Source of the DNA: Macrostomum lignano
Lineage: Eukaryota
DNA length: 64,000 nucleotides
NCBI GenBank assembly: GCA_002269645.1
Contig: NIVC01001514.1
Coordinates: 124,001 to 188,000, forward strand
Reading direction: 5' to 3'
Shown: piece by piece, positions 63,825 to 64,000 of the stretch
Layout of the letters: every line of letters starts with the position of its first letter
Position numbering within the stretch: position 1 is the first letter of the stretch
Position numbers and translations under genes: made by a program
Notes under the pieces: generated by a model
The model's database searches: none
What the model was told of the DNA's origin: nothing
Seen by the model: only the letters and a program-made list of their open reading frames with translations

Positions 63825-64000
63825 TTTAAAATGACGCCAGATTAGAATTTGAAAAGGCGCCGGTTTAGAATTTGAAATGGCGCCAATTTAGGATTTGAAA
63901 TGGCCCCAATTTAGAATTTGAAATGGCGCCAATTTAGGATTTGAAATGGCCCCAATTTAGGATTTGAGATGGCGCCAGATTAGGATTTGAAAAGATGCCA
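63825..64000. repeat. ~22-bp minisatellite running off the window end
   Basis: TTTAGRATTTGAAATGGCSCCAA. Confidence 0.8.

Overview
Eukaryotic (animal) genomic DNA with GC-rich exons separated by many different mini- and microsatellite arrays, roughly 40-45% of the window by my rough tally. That texture and the gene families suggest a free-living flatworm such as Macrostomum lignano; this is inference, not verified. Most long ORFs in the track are repeat artefacts. Genes I could rebuild by hand with phase-consistent GT-AG junctions: (1) an intronless allatostatin-A/galanin-type GPCR (- strand, 3970-5303) with a 1-nt frameshift; (2) a 4-exon DEG/ENaC channel (+, 21501-28277, 611 aa); (3) a 6-exon deoxynucleoside kinase (-, 40876-47874, ~242 aa, includes a 26-nt micro-exon), head-to-head with (4) a 2-exon Rab escort protein, REP/CHM (+, 48129-51627, ~571 aa); (5) a 2-exon BIR-domain (IAP-like) gene (-, 59619-63434), plus an orphan phase-1/phase-1 exon (55922-56380) that may be an alternative exon of it. 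Mobile DNA includes a tRNA-derived SINE family, Tc1/mariner-type fold-back MITEs, hAT-type MITEs, a MITE with a telomere-like core and a LINE 3' remnant. Best candidates for something new: ENaC intron 1 is almost entirely one SINE copy bracketed by a degenerate 12-bp direct repeat that contains both splice sites (possible SINE-created intron); a 39-bp tandem repeat multiplies an exon end and its splice donor five times in frame; and the BIR gene has an unusual zinc-site spacing, a nearby RFX X-box cluster and a possible alternative exon.
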